Positions 1 to 9,797 of a stretch of DNA of 11,875 bases are shown here, in pieces. Each line of letters opens with the position of its first letter. Position 1 is the first letter of the stretch. Location: NCBI GenBank assembly GCA_030141605.1, contig JAQGDQ010001880.1:10645-22519 (forward strand), in the 5' to 3' direction. This DNA is from Tubiluchus corallicola (taxonomy: Eukaryota; Animalia; Priapulida). The position numbers were made by a program, and so were the translations under genes. The notes below the pieces were generated by a model, which saw nothing but the letters and a program-made list of their open reading frames with translations, made no database searches and was not told the origin of the DNA.

Positions 1-507
1 GGCGTGGTGTGTGGGGTGGGTGTTGTGGTGCAGTGTGGTGTTATGGTGTGGTGCTGTGCGGTGTGATGTGGTGGAGTATTATGGTGTGGGTGGTGCAGTG
101 CAGTGGTATGGTGTGGGTGGTGTGGTGTGGTGTGTGGGTGGTGCGGTGTGCTGCAGCGGTATGGTGTGTAGGTGGGTGGGTGGTGTGGTGCAGTGTGGTG
201 TTATGGTGTGGTGCTGTGTGGTGTTATGGTGTGGTGCTGTGCAGTGTGATGTGGTGGAGTATTATGGTGTGGGTGGTGTGGTGTGGTGTGTGGGTGGTGC
301 AGTGGTATGGTGTGGTGCAGTGTGGTGTGATGTGGTGGAGTGGTGTGGTGTGTAGGTGGTATGGTGTGGTGTGGGTGGTGTGGTGTGTAGGTGGGTGGGA
401 GGTGTGGTGCAGTGTGGTGTTATGGTGTGGTGCTGTGCGGTGTGGTGTGGTGGAGTGGTATGGTGTAGTGCAGTGTGGTGTGATGAGGTGGAGTGGTGTG
501 GTGTGGG
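1..507. repeat. G/T-rich low-complexity tandem repeat derived from (GGTGT)n with longer recurrent sub-blocks
   Basis: Dominated by GGTGT/GGTGG pentamers. The block GGTGCAGTGTGGTGTTATGGTGTGGTGCTGTG recurs near 27, 187 and 406. Truncated by the window start. Confidence 0.93.
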
Positions 508-553
508 TTTTGTGTTGATTTGTGCACAAAATTCTTTTTGTGGGGTTTGGCTA

Positions 554-554
<1 letters not shown>

Positions 555-635
<81 letters not shown>
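555..635. repeat. (TTA)27 trinucleotide microsatellite
   Basis: Uninterrupted TTA run of 81 bp read directly from the sequence. Confidence 0.98.
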
Positions 636-636
<1 letters not shown>

Positions 637-950
637 TGTTATGTTATTAGTATTTATTGCGGTTTATTTAGGTTTTTGAAAGTTCTTACCAGCAAGAAGA
701 AATGTGACAATAAGATGGACGACTTGAACAACATTAAAAAAACTTAAGGATAGATTCTGTGAAATATTTTCATTTGGGAGTTGCCAGAGGGTGATATTTT
801 TTTACCTGGGCATCACAGTCTACGAAGCAGCGAAAAAGAAAAAAGAGCCAAACAGTAAAATTATTGAAACGTTAAAGGAAATCTGGCATGTGTGCCATTT
901 TGCAGCATCTGTGTGTGACAGTAACTAGTCAGTTATTTCGCTTTAGCTTT

Positions 951-1143
951 GCGGTATGACTGACTCGGTGGGATGGCAGCTTTGGCATTATCGTGGTATG
1001 GCAGGTTTTTCGGCATGGTGAGTTTGGCAGGATTTTCAGTGTGGTGGGTATGACCAGGTATGACAGTATGGCGGGTTTGGCATTTTTGGCAGTATGGCGG
1101 GTTTGGCAGGTTTTGAATATGGTGGGTATGGCAGGTAATACAG
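951..1143. repeat. Degenerate 25-26 bp minisatellite (GGCGGGTTTGGCAGGTTTGACAGTAT family), about 7 units
   Basis: Recurrent CAGTATGGCGGGTTTGGCA and ATGGTGGGTATGGCAGG. Same family and orientation as 3619-4112. Boundaries approximate. Confidence 0.82.
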
Positions 1144-3618
1144 ACACCTTAAGGGTACCGTGTATTTGATTGTACTTATATGTTTCACATTGTAATTTAG
1201 CACCATAAGTGCGAACCGAGAGGATAGTTAAGTAAATCTGTTTAGTGTCTCTTGGAGCTAATTATAAATTGTGAGCGTCTTTGACGATTAAGATCATATT
1301 GTAATTTATTAGACTAAGAGTAATTGTTGTATACAATAGACGGATTTCGCTTTAACTTAAATGAATAGTTTGGGTATGGTTATAGGCGTTTCAGTTAAGC
1401 ATCATTGAATTCTGTAATCGAACCTGGAGATTTGCTGTGTACATTAAGTAATTTACGAGTTCAATTGCGGGAACTTTTGCAAGAAAGCTTTAGATATTAA
1501 GACTCTTTCACAGCGCGGAGTCGTAGAAACAATCTTGTGAGAAATTACCATTGCTCTATAGATTTTATCTTAAGCTCTAGTAGCCAGGTTGTGAATAACC
1601 TTATAGCAATTATTGTAAGAAGCAAATCACTTATTAAAAATTAGGGCACGAGCTATACGATCACATGCAAGAGATAAGAAGCGATATTAATTAGAGAAGT
1701 TAATATTACATAATAAAGAAAAAGGCCCTGATAATTGTTCGTTTTGCCTAAATTTTGCTTACTATATTTTTCACCTTCCCGTAGAAAGGCAGAGCAAAAT
1801 TAGAAATAGCAAAATTTGATGCATGTTTTGTCAGACAGGTCTTTGGTCTTTCAAACGTTAAAAGCCGCTTAAAAAATAGTGGCGTCTACGGAAAGTAATT
1901 CAACTGCAAACTATTGCTACTTTTGGTATATTTTTGCGAATGAAGAGCCCTAGTAACGGGGAGGTGTCACAAAAAGAGTGTTTTAGAGTGTTTTTATTTT
2001 TTACAACAAATTACTGTCCAATTTTCACATTTCATGTCTTAGTTTAGACGTCATAGATGCGTTTTACCAGAATGCAAATTTGAGTGACAAACGTGTTTGT
2101 TTACGAAAATCAGCTGTAGCTCTATTACTAACATGCTACAAAATGGTCCCATTTTGTAAAATTAAAAATACAATTCTGATCAAAATTGCTGATTATTATA
2201 ATCCACAATTTTCTTGGAATTATTTTGGTCGCTTTATGACTGGGTTGTAATGTTCAACTTTGAAGAGCTCAGGGAACTTCTTCAAAGGAACTCTGATTTG
2301 AATCATTGACAATTATAATCCAATTCAAGTCCATTTATTTTCATAAGAACATACCAGAGTCGCATAAATGTGAGTGTAATGAACAAACCTGAACAACTTT
2401 TCACAACATACAAGTCCATTCTAATTTTTGTAATGCCTGCTGGTTGTATTACAATTTCAGTGATTATTCAGTTGTATTTACAATTATGTGCAATTATTAA
2501 ACACATGTGAAGTATTTTACAGTTTGCTTAATAAATGGGATGTGTGAGCAAGTTTGAAGATGTTCTACATCTTTCAAATTTCACCAAATTCTATGGCATA
2601 GGACACAAGTTCAGTTGACATGCTCTAAGCTCAGCACACAATGCAGGTCTTTTATTTTGACCATAACTGTAACAAAGATTAAGCAGGTCTTATTATCCTG
2701 CAACAACAATTTATTGAAGTTTATTTAGGTTCTTAAAAGGAAGAAAAGATTTGGTAGTAAGATGGTCAACTTGTGCAAATAGATTGCGCTTAAAAAGTAA
2801 AGGAACTTTGCATCTATTAAAAATGTTCAAACAAACATTATTGGCGCCATATTTCTAGTGCGCAGGGACTTGAGGCGGAGTTAAAAAGCTGTCATGGTGA
2901 TCAACTCCAACACGTCAGTTTATAGGCGTAACTTTCAGATGCGTGAAGACGAGACAAGTCAAGCAAATCATTTGCTTTGCGGTCTTGCTATGAGCGTGAG
3001 CAGTGCTCCAGGAAAAAACAGAACAGTTTTTAGTGAAGTGTAATATTGATTTTAAGTGCAAAATGTGTGATTTTGTTAAAAAAGTGAAAATTTTGTTTTC
3101 TGTACAAAACAATTTATTCTTTGCACTTAACCACAGAAGTGACCACGCTTTAGTCTTCTATTTTGTCTAATAAATGGATTGTGGCTGCAAGGTGATTTAA
3201 GAATGGAATGGTGGCATTTCATAAAACAAGTTTTAAATTAACGTTCTCTCAGTAAAAGTGAAAAATCGCCTGGCTTTTCATTGAATTTAAAGCTTCATTA
3301 GGCTGATAACACCAACTTAACTTTCAAATTTCTCACAGAAAACTGATCACGTTTCGCCATCTTGATTTTGAAATACGCACCACTTCGTGACGTCATCGAC
3401 GTGATTCGCCTGGAATATTGCATGGAGTATGAATTTGCTTTATAAATTTATGTCAGGCATCAGCAAGCTAATTCTATCTTTATAACTGTCCTGCATATGT
3501 TTCATGGTAAGTGTTAATCTTATGTGCAATCATTTTAAATCAGTTACTTAATTTTATATAAATGGGTCTTGTAGTGCTGTTATCTGTCATGTAATGATTA
3601 TGTTGTTTGGATACATGT

Positions 3619-4112
3619 GCGGGTTTTGCAGGTTTGACAGTATGACGGGTTTTGCAGGTTTGACAGTATGACGCGTTTGACAGGTTTAACAGTATGGTGG
3701 GTTGGGAGGTTTGACAATATGGCGGGTTGGCAGGTTTTTCAGTATGGTGGGTATGGCAGGTATGACAGTATGGTGGGTATGGCAGGTATGACAGTATGGC
3801 AGGTTTTGCAGGTTTTACAGCATGGCGGGTTTGGCAGGTTTAACAGTATGGCGGATTTACTGGTTCGATAGTATGGCCGAGTATGGCAGGTTTGACAGTA
3901 TGGCGGGTTTGCAGGTTTGACAGTATGGCGAGATTTGTAGCTTTGACAGTATGGCGGGTTTGCAGGTTCGACAGTATGGCGAGATTTGTAGCTTTGACAG
4001 TATGGCGGATTTGGCAGGTTTGACAGTATGGCGGGTTTGCAGGTTTGACAGTATGGCGGGTTTGCAGGTTTGACAGTATGGCTGGTTAGGCAGTACAGCA
4101 GATATGACAGTA
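3619..4112. repeat. 25-26 bp minisatellite array, consensus about GCGGGTTT(G/T)GCAGGTTTGACAGTATG, about 19 units
   Basis: Tandem units read directly. The unit is built from 8-9 bp subrepeats (GGCGGGTTT / GGCAGGTTT / GACAGTAT). Confidence 0.93.
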
Positions 4113-4693
4113 AAACGTAATAGTTAGCAAAAAAGTGCAGTTGCGCAGAATGTAAGTAATTAAGTGCGGTTGCATAAAAAATATGTGCGGTTAAAAACTT
4201 AACCTGCTTGCTTAGTTTAATTTAATTATAATAATCTTGGGCAGGTGGCGCCACAACATGGAAGTGTTTAATTCTGATAAAAAAGTAATAATGCCAAAAT
4301 CCGTGTTTTAGCTTCCTACTTTTGGTAGAAACCATCTGACTATCAAAAACCAGACGCAGCATCATTGTGACAGATAATGTCTGTTAACTTGACTTTACAC
4401 ACAGCTATTTGTTATAGTCCAACAGGCTTTTGTGTTTTAGTTATTTTTCAAGGAAGTACTGGATTTCCAAAAATATTTTGCTCATGTTTTTCCCTCTTAG
4501 AGTGTCAAACGCAGAATTCGCCACTGAGAAACAAATGACGAAAATTGTGTCCGGATTCTGAACGTAAAGATTAAAATTGAGGTTTGTCAGGAGTACTTGG
4601 TGTTGCAAGAGAACAGATGCTGGCCTTGGTCCGGAATATTTTGAATGTTGAAAAAGATTTTATTTTTTAAATTGCCAAATTGTTTATTTACAG

Positions 4694-5205
4694 GTTATTA
4701 TCGTTCGTGGAGCTTCAAAAACTTCATGTGGCTAAAAGTCACTTTAAAACTTGAAACATTTCACATATTCTGCCTTCTGTCTCTCACTGCAACGTTGGAA
4801 ACGTCTAGGAAGCCACAATTACGACAAAATTCGTCTTTTTCCTTCAATAGCTCTGTGAATCATGTGCAAAGTTGTAAAAATCAGCTGACTGTCAAATATC
4901 ACAGACTTGATGAGATTGATGACGATGTTGAGTACAGCACATTGAAGCCAATTAAAGAGGTGCATCAGCTGATATGTTTGTAATTTGCCATAAAGAAAGC
5001 TGGAATTGTCAGCAAAACATTTCATGTAGAAGCAGCTCTAAGAAAACTGTTAGAATCTATAGCTGAAAGCTCTGGTCCTTGGAACTTAATACATGATGAA
5101 AGAAATTACGACATAATTATATTGATATGCCAAGAGAATGAGAAAAAGTCCAAAACTGTTTGAAACGGACTGAAATCGACGTTCGTTCATCTTGAGAACA
5201 AATAA
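4694..5205 (+). pseudogene. Possible decayed coding exon of unknown family
   Basis: An acceptor-like TTTATTTACAG ends at 4693. The frame of ORF 4645-4983 continues for 59 more sense codons after one TAA (FAIKKAGIVSKTFHVEAALRKLLESIAESSGPWNLIHDERNYDIIILICQENEKKSKTV), which is unusual for such AT-rich DNA. No recognisable motif. Confidence 0.3.
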
Positions 5206-5954
5206 TCATTGTGCAGTGTCACTAATCTAAAAAAAGAAAACTGATGATTATGATTAACGATTAATTGATGTTAAGAAGCCTGCAAAAAACACAGAGTTAC
5301 ACTGTTGCTTCAACGATTAGTTTATTTCTCATTGTGAGATTGAGTGAAGCATTTGTAAGTATTTGTAAATGTGAAAGCTTGTAATGGCAATCTTTTTTGA
5401 TTTTGTATGGGACTTTGTGCTTTGCATAATAACACAATACAAATTTGGTGTTCAGCATTGTCCATGAAGTATGTGTTGTATATCTTCAAACTGTCGCCAC
5501 TTAACTGGCATGATAGACTCATAATTGTTTGATGAACATAATAAATTGTTTTGTACTATTACTCATTGTTTCTGTATAGTGGATCCTAGCAAAAGAAAGT
5601 TACCTTGAACTTTCCACTTTAGGAACTTTACAAGCAGCAATCCCCTAGTCAAAAAAGACCTTCTTTCAAAATGCAGATGGATGTAGCAGACCTTTAGCTA
5701 GCTTAGGCTCATGTGGACGAGCATACATCCTTGATCAATAGACTTTTCCATAGTGTTACTTTAAAAACACAATATAATAAACATATAATGATCATCAAGG
5801 CAAATCTTTTGTAAAAGTAAGTAAGTTACTGTCACTATTGCGTAATGCATACAATGAAATTTATGTGGTTTTACGTGCTGCTATATCTGGGATAGAAGGA
5901 AAATAAAGATCTTGTGGTTTTAGCGCTAATTGAGCGAAATCTACGACCAGGTGA

Positions 5955-5995
5955 GCATTTCATCCAGGGGAGTATTTATTACCTGGATGAAATGC
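5955..5995. repeat. Perfect 14-bp inverted repeat (hairpin) with 13-nt loop
   Basis: GCATTTCATCCAGG (5955-5968) pairs with CCTGGATGAAATGC (5982-5995). Confidence 0.85.
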
Positions 5996-6610
5996 ATCTT
6001 TCATGATAACTTGCACCCCTATTCATACAAATATGCCATAGATTGCTGTTCAATTCCAACTTTAAGGCGGACTTAGTAACTTGATCAAGAGCATTGCGAT
6101 CTCCCTGCATGGAGATCCCTGCATGGTAGCGCCATACTAAACAGTGATGGATGTTGTTAAGATGCTCTCAATTACTGCACGATAAAAACTCTCCACCACA
6201 GTAGGGGAAATAAATTTTTTTTAAAAGCATCGGTTAGATAATTTTCCATGTGAATTTTTACAATTCAGTTATATAAACAAGACTTCTTGTGTTCCCACAC
6301 TATAATTGTTCAATTTTTACTCGCTACGTATAAATACTGTTATTATTTTCAATTACTGCGCAAATCCTTCCTTTTCCTGCATTTAATCGATCCTGCACAA
6401 AGCCGGTGATTTTATATCACAATGAATCTGATCTTTCATAAAACCTCAATTAAATAATTATCTCTAAGTGGCTTTTAAAATTTTCGGTTTAAAGTGAATT
6501 TTTAATCCTATAATAGCTTAAGAAGTTTAGGCATCTGAAGAAGTCGGATTTTAAATTGGTGTAATTCTGGATAATTGAAGGGTCTTTGTGTCTTTTTGAA
6601 GGCACTTTAA

Positions 6611-7332
6611 GGTTGGTCATTGCTCAATGCTTATTCCCACATGGGCATAGTCCAGGAAAAATTCCTCACATCAATTTAAAGTAAAGAATTATAGTTTTCA
6701 TTTTGCTGTTAATCACTATTATGTTGTCGAAATGAATTATTGAAAATTATAGCTGCTCTTCGTGTGATGGGTTTAAGCGCATCTGAAGATATTTTACAGA
6801 ATGAGATTAAAATCAAAATTGTTGCAGCAGAGACCTCCATTGATTGCTAGCAGTTTTTGTAGAGGGGGTTTTTGTAGGTATTTGTAAGTCTGTGAAACGT
6901 AACTTATAATATTAGTCATGCTTTTATGAATTCCTGAGCTTCGGTCCACTTGAGGCGCTTTGTACTCCATGTGCAGAAAGACAGGCTAATAGCTGTAATT
7001 ATGATTTCTGTAAAATCCTCCACCCAGACCACTTGAGACACGCTCTGTGAGCTGCACACAAAGCAGCATAGTTACTTCAATTATATAATTTTATGAAATC
7101 CATCAAACCAGACATGATAAACTACAAAGAATGTTTTTTACTGTAAGCTTTATGAAATCCTTTATCACAGACAATTTCAGGTGCCTCGCAACGCACAATA
7201 GCAATATAATTTTCAATAATTCACATCAACAACATAATAATGTCTGAAATGAACGATAATTATAATCCCTCATTTAAAGATGATGTGAGGAATTTTCCCA
7301 GGATTATATCTCTTAGTGGGTAATGGCCAGCC
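6611..7332. mobile_element. Non-autonomous MITE/foldback-like element with ~160-180 bp imperfect inverted arms
   Basis: Arms ~6611-6790 and ~7171-7332 are reverse complements. Perfect cores are AAAATTCCTCACATCA (6658-6673 / 7281-7296) and TGAATTATTGAAAATTATA (6733-6751 / 7205-7223). Ends are GGTTGGTCATT / AATGGCCAGCC, flanked by TTAA (6607-6610) and TTGA (7333-7336). No ORF inside. Confidence 0.7.
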
Positions 7333-7657
7333 TTGAACAGCTTTTTGTATCAAACAAAGAGCGTTTCTGTAATTTAGAAAAGAAATGTGTATTAGATTAC
7401 ATCATGTTTTAAAAATGATATTGGGTTTTTTAATCTTTGGCAGGCACACTTATTCAGAATTGTTCTTAGTGGTTGCCCAGGCTTGACCTGCCCCTCGTGA
7501 CCAAAAATTGGTGGTCAGTTTAAAGAAACAGCATTTTTGTATATACATTTTCAATCTTTTAAATTTAAAAAAAGCGAACTTTCCAAAAAGTTGTATACAG
7601 ATTAATTGGGAAGTGTATTGATAGTTTTCCAGCAGTTATTAGGTTTCATTATTTTTC

Positions 7658-7950
7658 CAAGATGGCGGCCAATAGCGATACTTAAGGGCATTTAAGGCAA
7701 AAATGTATTTCTGGTAGATATAAACATATACCTCGGGAATCAGAAAACCTAGTTTCTGAAGATATTGCATCATAATTTCAAGATGGCTGCCAACATTTAA
7801 AATTGTCGACAACTTGTTTATATTGTTTATAGCATTTTATAAATCACAATGTATTGTAAGTAATTAGGAAACACGTTTGTAAAAATTGATGTTCTTATTA
7901 TTTCAAGATGGCTGCTAAATGTAAAAATCTAGCGCCCACCTTGAAATAAT
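7658..7950. repeat. Three direct CAAGATGGC(G/T)GC motifs at ~121-125 bp spacing plus one inverted copy; probable TE-internal subrepeats matching the YY1 consensus
   Basis: Motifs at 7658, 7779 and 7904. ATTATTTCAAG (7897-7907) pairs with CTTGAAATAAT (7940-7950). Confidence 0.55.
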
Positions 7951-8542
7951 GATGTCACCAGTAACTATCGGTCGTGTAAAACATTCAGCAGTATCTGTTT
8001 GTAAATAAACAAAGTTAAAAAAACCGGTAACATGATTAAACGTACCTCTTACACTAACTTTTTTCCTTCGTTCGTCACATGAGCCGCCATGCCGTTGTTA
8101 AAGACGCAAAGCCGCTGCTATGCAGTGCGCAGATATTATGTGCAGACATAATGACCACAGAGTCACAGTAAGTACATGACTGACAATGTTGTTGCATTTT
8201 TTGCAGAACATTTATACTAGAAGCCCGGCATAATAAATAATTCCTGCATTTTTATAATATACGTCACAACCTATTTTTTTGAAACTCGTATTGATTTAAT
8301 ATACCCATCTGTATATAATGATTATAAAAAGAAGGACAATTTCCACCTTGTCGGACTCACATTTATGTATAAAATTATCTGTTTATGTAATGCAAGAGCT
8401 GAGTTAACTGTACCAGTTCATCAATATGTTGTAAAACATTTAGGCCCACTTGCCCCTAGCAATTTGATGTTAAGCACCACAGAGCAAAATGGGCCATATA
8501 AGTGACTTTAAATAACATTTCACTTGTTTGAAAAGCGTTGAC

Positions 8543-8999
8543 GTTGAATAGGTACTGTATGTACTGCGGGATGGGAAAGCCACGCATCTGTCCTTCAACA
8601 AGTGCATACGTTGGAAACTAGGTTGAATAGGTACTGTAAGTACTGTGGGATGGAAAAGCCACGCATCTGTCCTTCAACAAGTGCATAAGTTGGAAACTAG
8701 GTTGAATAGGTACTGTAAGTACTGGGGGATGGAAAAGCCACGCATCTGTCCTACAACAAGTGCATAAGTTGGAAACTAGGTTGAATAAGTACTGTAAGTA
8801 CTGTGGGATGGAAAAGCCACGCATCTGTCCTTCAACAAGTGCATAAGTTGGAAACTAGGTTGAATAGGTACTGTAAGTACTGGGTGATGGAAAAGCCACC
8901 CATATGTCCTTCAACAAGTGCATGAGTTGGAAACTAGGTTGAATAGGTACTTTAAGTACTGCAGGATGGGAAAGCCACACATCTGTCCTTCAACAAGTG
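8543..8999. repeat. 79-bp satellite array, left segment (5 full monomers plus 62 bp)
   Basis: Monomers start at 8543, 8622, 8701, 8780, 8859 and 8938. Consensus GTTGAATAGGTACTGTAAGTACTGTGGGATGGAAAAGCCACGCATCTGTCCTTCAACAAGTGCATAAGTTGGAAACTAG. Confidence 0.97.
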
Positions 9000-9797
9000 A
9001 ATGATGACAAAACAGAATTCATGATATTGTCACCCTCATTAAATACTAATGATGCATCATCAACCACTTTGACAATAGATAATGCTGTAATGAAACAAAC
9101 TAACAATGTTAAATTCCTGGGCATACAGGTAGACAATAATCTTTCATGGGATGAACACTTTAATAACATATACACAAAAATGGCATCTAGCACATCATAT
9201 CTCCGACAAGTTAAAGGGCAACTAACAAAGGAAACTAAAACACTAATATATAAAACTTTAGTTCTACCACACTTCTTATATGGATGTACGCTACTTCAAA
9301 AAACCAAAAGAGAAAATTACTTAAAATTAAATCTCCTTCAAAACTATGCATTGAGATTGATAGCTGGGTACTCATACAAACATAAGGCAGGTAGACAAAA
9401 ATTCAAAGTTTCAACAACTAACCTGAGAAAAACTTTAAAATTCCCAATCATTGAAGCACACAAAGAATATTTTACTCTGCTTTTTATATTTAAATACATT
9501 AACAACATCAGCAAACCATTCCAGAATAGCAGATTTACCTTTTTTCCAAATCCTATCGTTAATTCCAGAACAAGCAATCTAAAACAAATTAGGACAAACA
9601 CCCACTATGGAACGAACTCTGTAATCAAACAAGCAATTTTACTTTGGAATTCTCTACCATTACAGGTTAAACAAATCAAGTCCCAATCAGCATTTAAAAC
9701 AAAATTAAAATCACTAATATTAACCAGATATGAAATACCATCACACCAGTACGACAACATGCACACTAATTCAGAATTCATATACCCACTAGGTTGA
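8997..9797 (+). CDS. Partial LINE ORF2: C-terminal reverse transcriptase (late RT/thumb and C-terminal region), lacking the endonuclease and the YADD catalytic core
   Basis: Motifs typical of CR1/L2-group ORF2: NxxKTEFM, VKFLGIQVDNNLSWDEH, LIYKTLVLPHFLYG, LQNYALRLI, LWNSLP..IKSQSAFKTKLK. The GTG start and TGA stop both lie in satellite sequence, so it is unlikely to be a complete functional gene. Confidence 0.85.
   Translation: MNDDKTEFMILSPSLNTNDASSTTLTIDNAVMKQTNNVKFLGIQVDNNLSWDEHFNNIYTKMASSTSYLRQVKGQLTKETKTLIYKTLVLPHFLYGCTLLQKTKRENYLKLNLLQNYALRLIAGYSYKHKAGRQKFKVSTTNLRKTLKFPIIEAHKEYFTLLFIFKYINNISKPFQNSRFTFFPNPIVNSRTSNLKQIRTNTHYGTNSVIKQAILLWNSLPLQVKQIKSQSAFKTKLKSLILTRYEIPSHQYDNMHTNSEFIYPLG
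9000..9787 (+). mobile_element. Truncated non-LTR retrotransposon (CR1/L2-like LINE) fragment embedded in the satellite
   Basis: 788 bp of A-rich non-satellite sequence between monomer position 62 (..CAAGTG) and position 75 (ACTAGG..). Encodes the LINE ORF2 C-terminal region. No poly(A) tail, no TSD. Confidence 0.9.

Noticed and set aside
1-507. Telomeric repeat (resembles yeast TG1-3)
   Set aside because: Interspersed CAG/TAT/GAG blocks, no TTAGGG/TTAGG units, and the G-rich strand points into internal sequence.
9-747. ORFs rich in V/W/C/G, H/T/P, poly-I or poly-Y
   Set aside because: Artefacts of the GGTGT repeat and the TTA microsatellite.
929-3871. ORFs 929-1147, 2915-3112 and 3668-3871
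   Set aside because: Two lie in the minisatellite. The third is short with no recognisable motif.
6062-6478. Second TTAA-flanked element (TTAAGGCGGACTTAG ... CTAAGTGGCTTTTAA)
   Set aside because: Only about 6 bp of true inverted match, which is insufficient.
8990-9601. Minus-strand ORFs 8990-9193 and 9344-9601
   Set aside because: Antisense shadows of the RT frame with no independent motifs.
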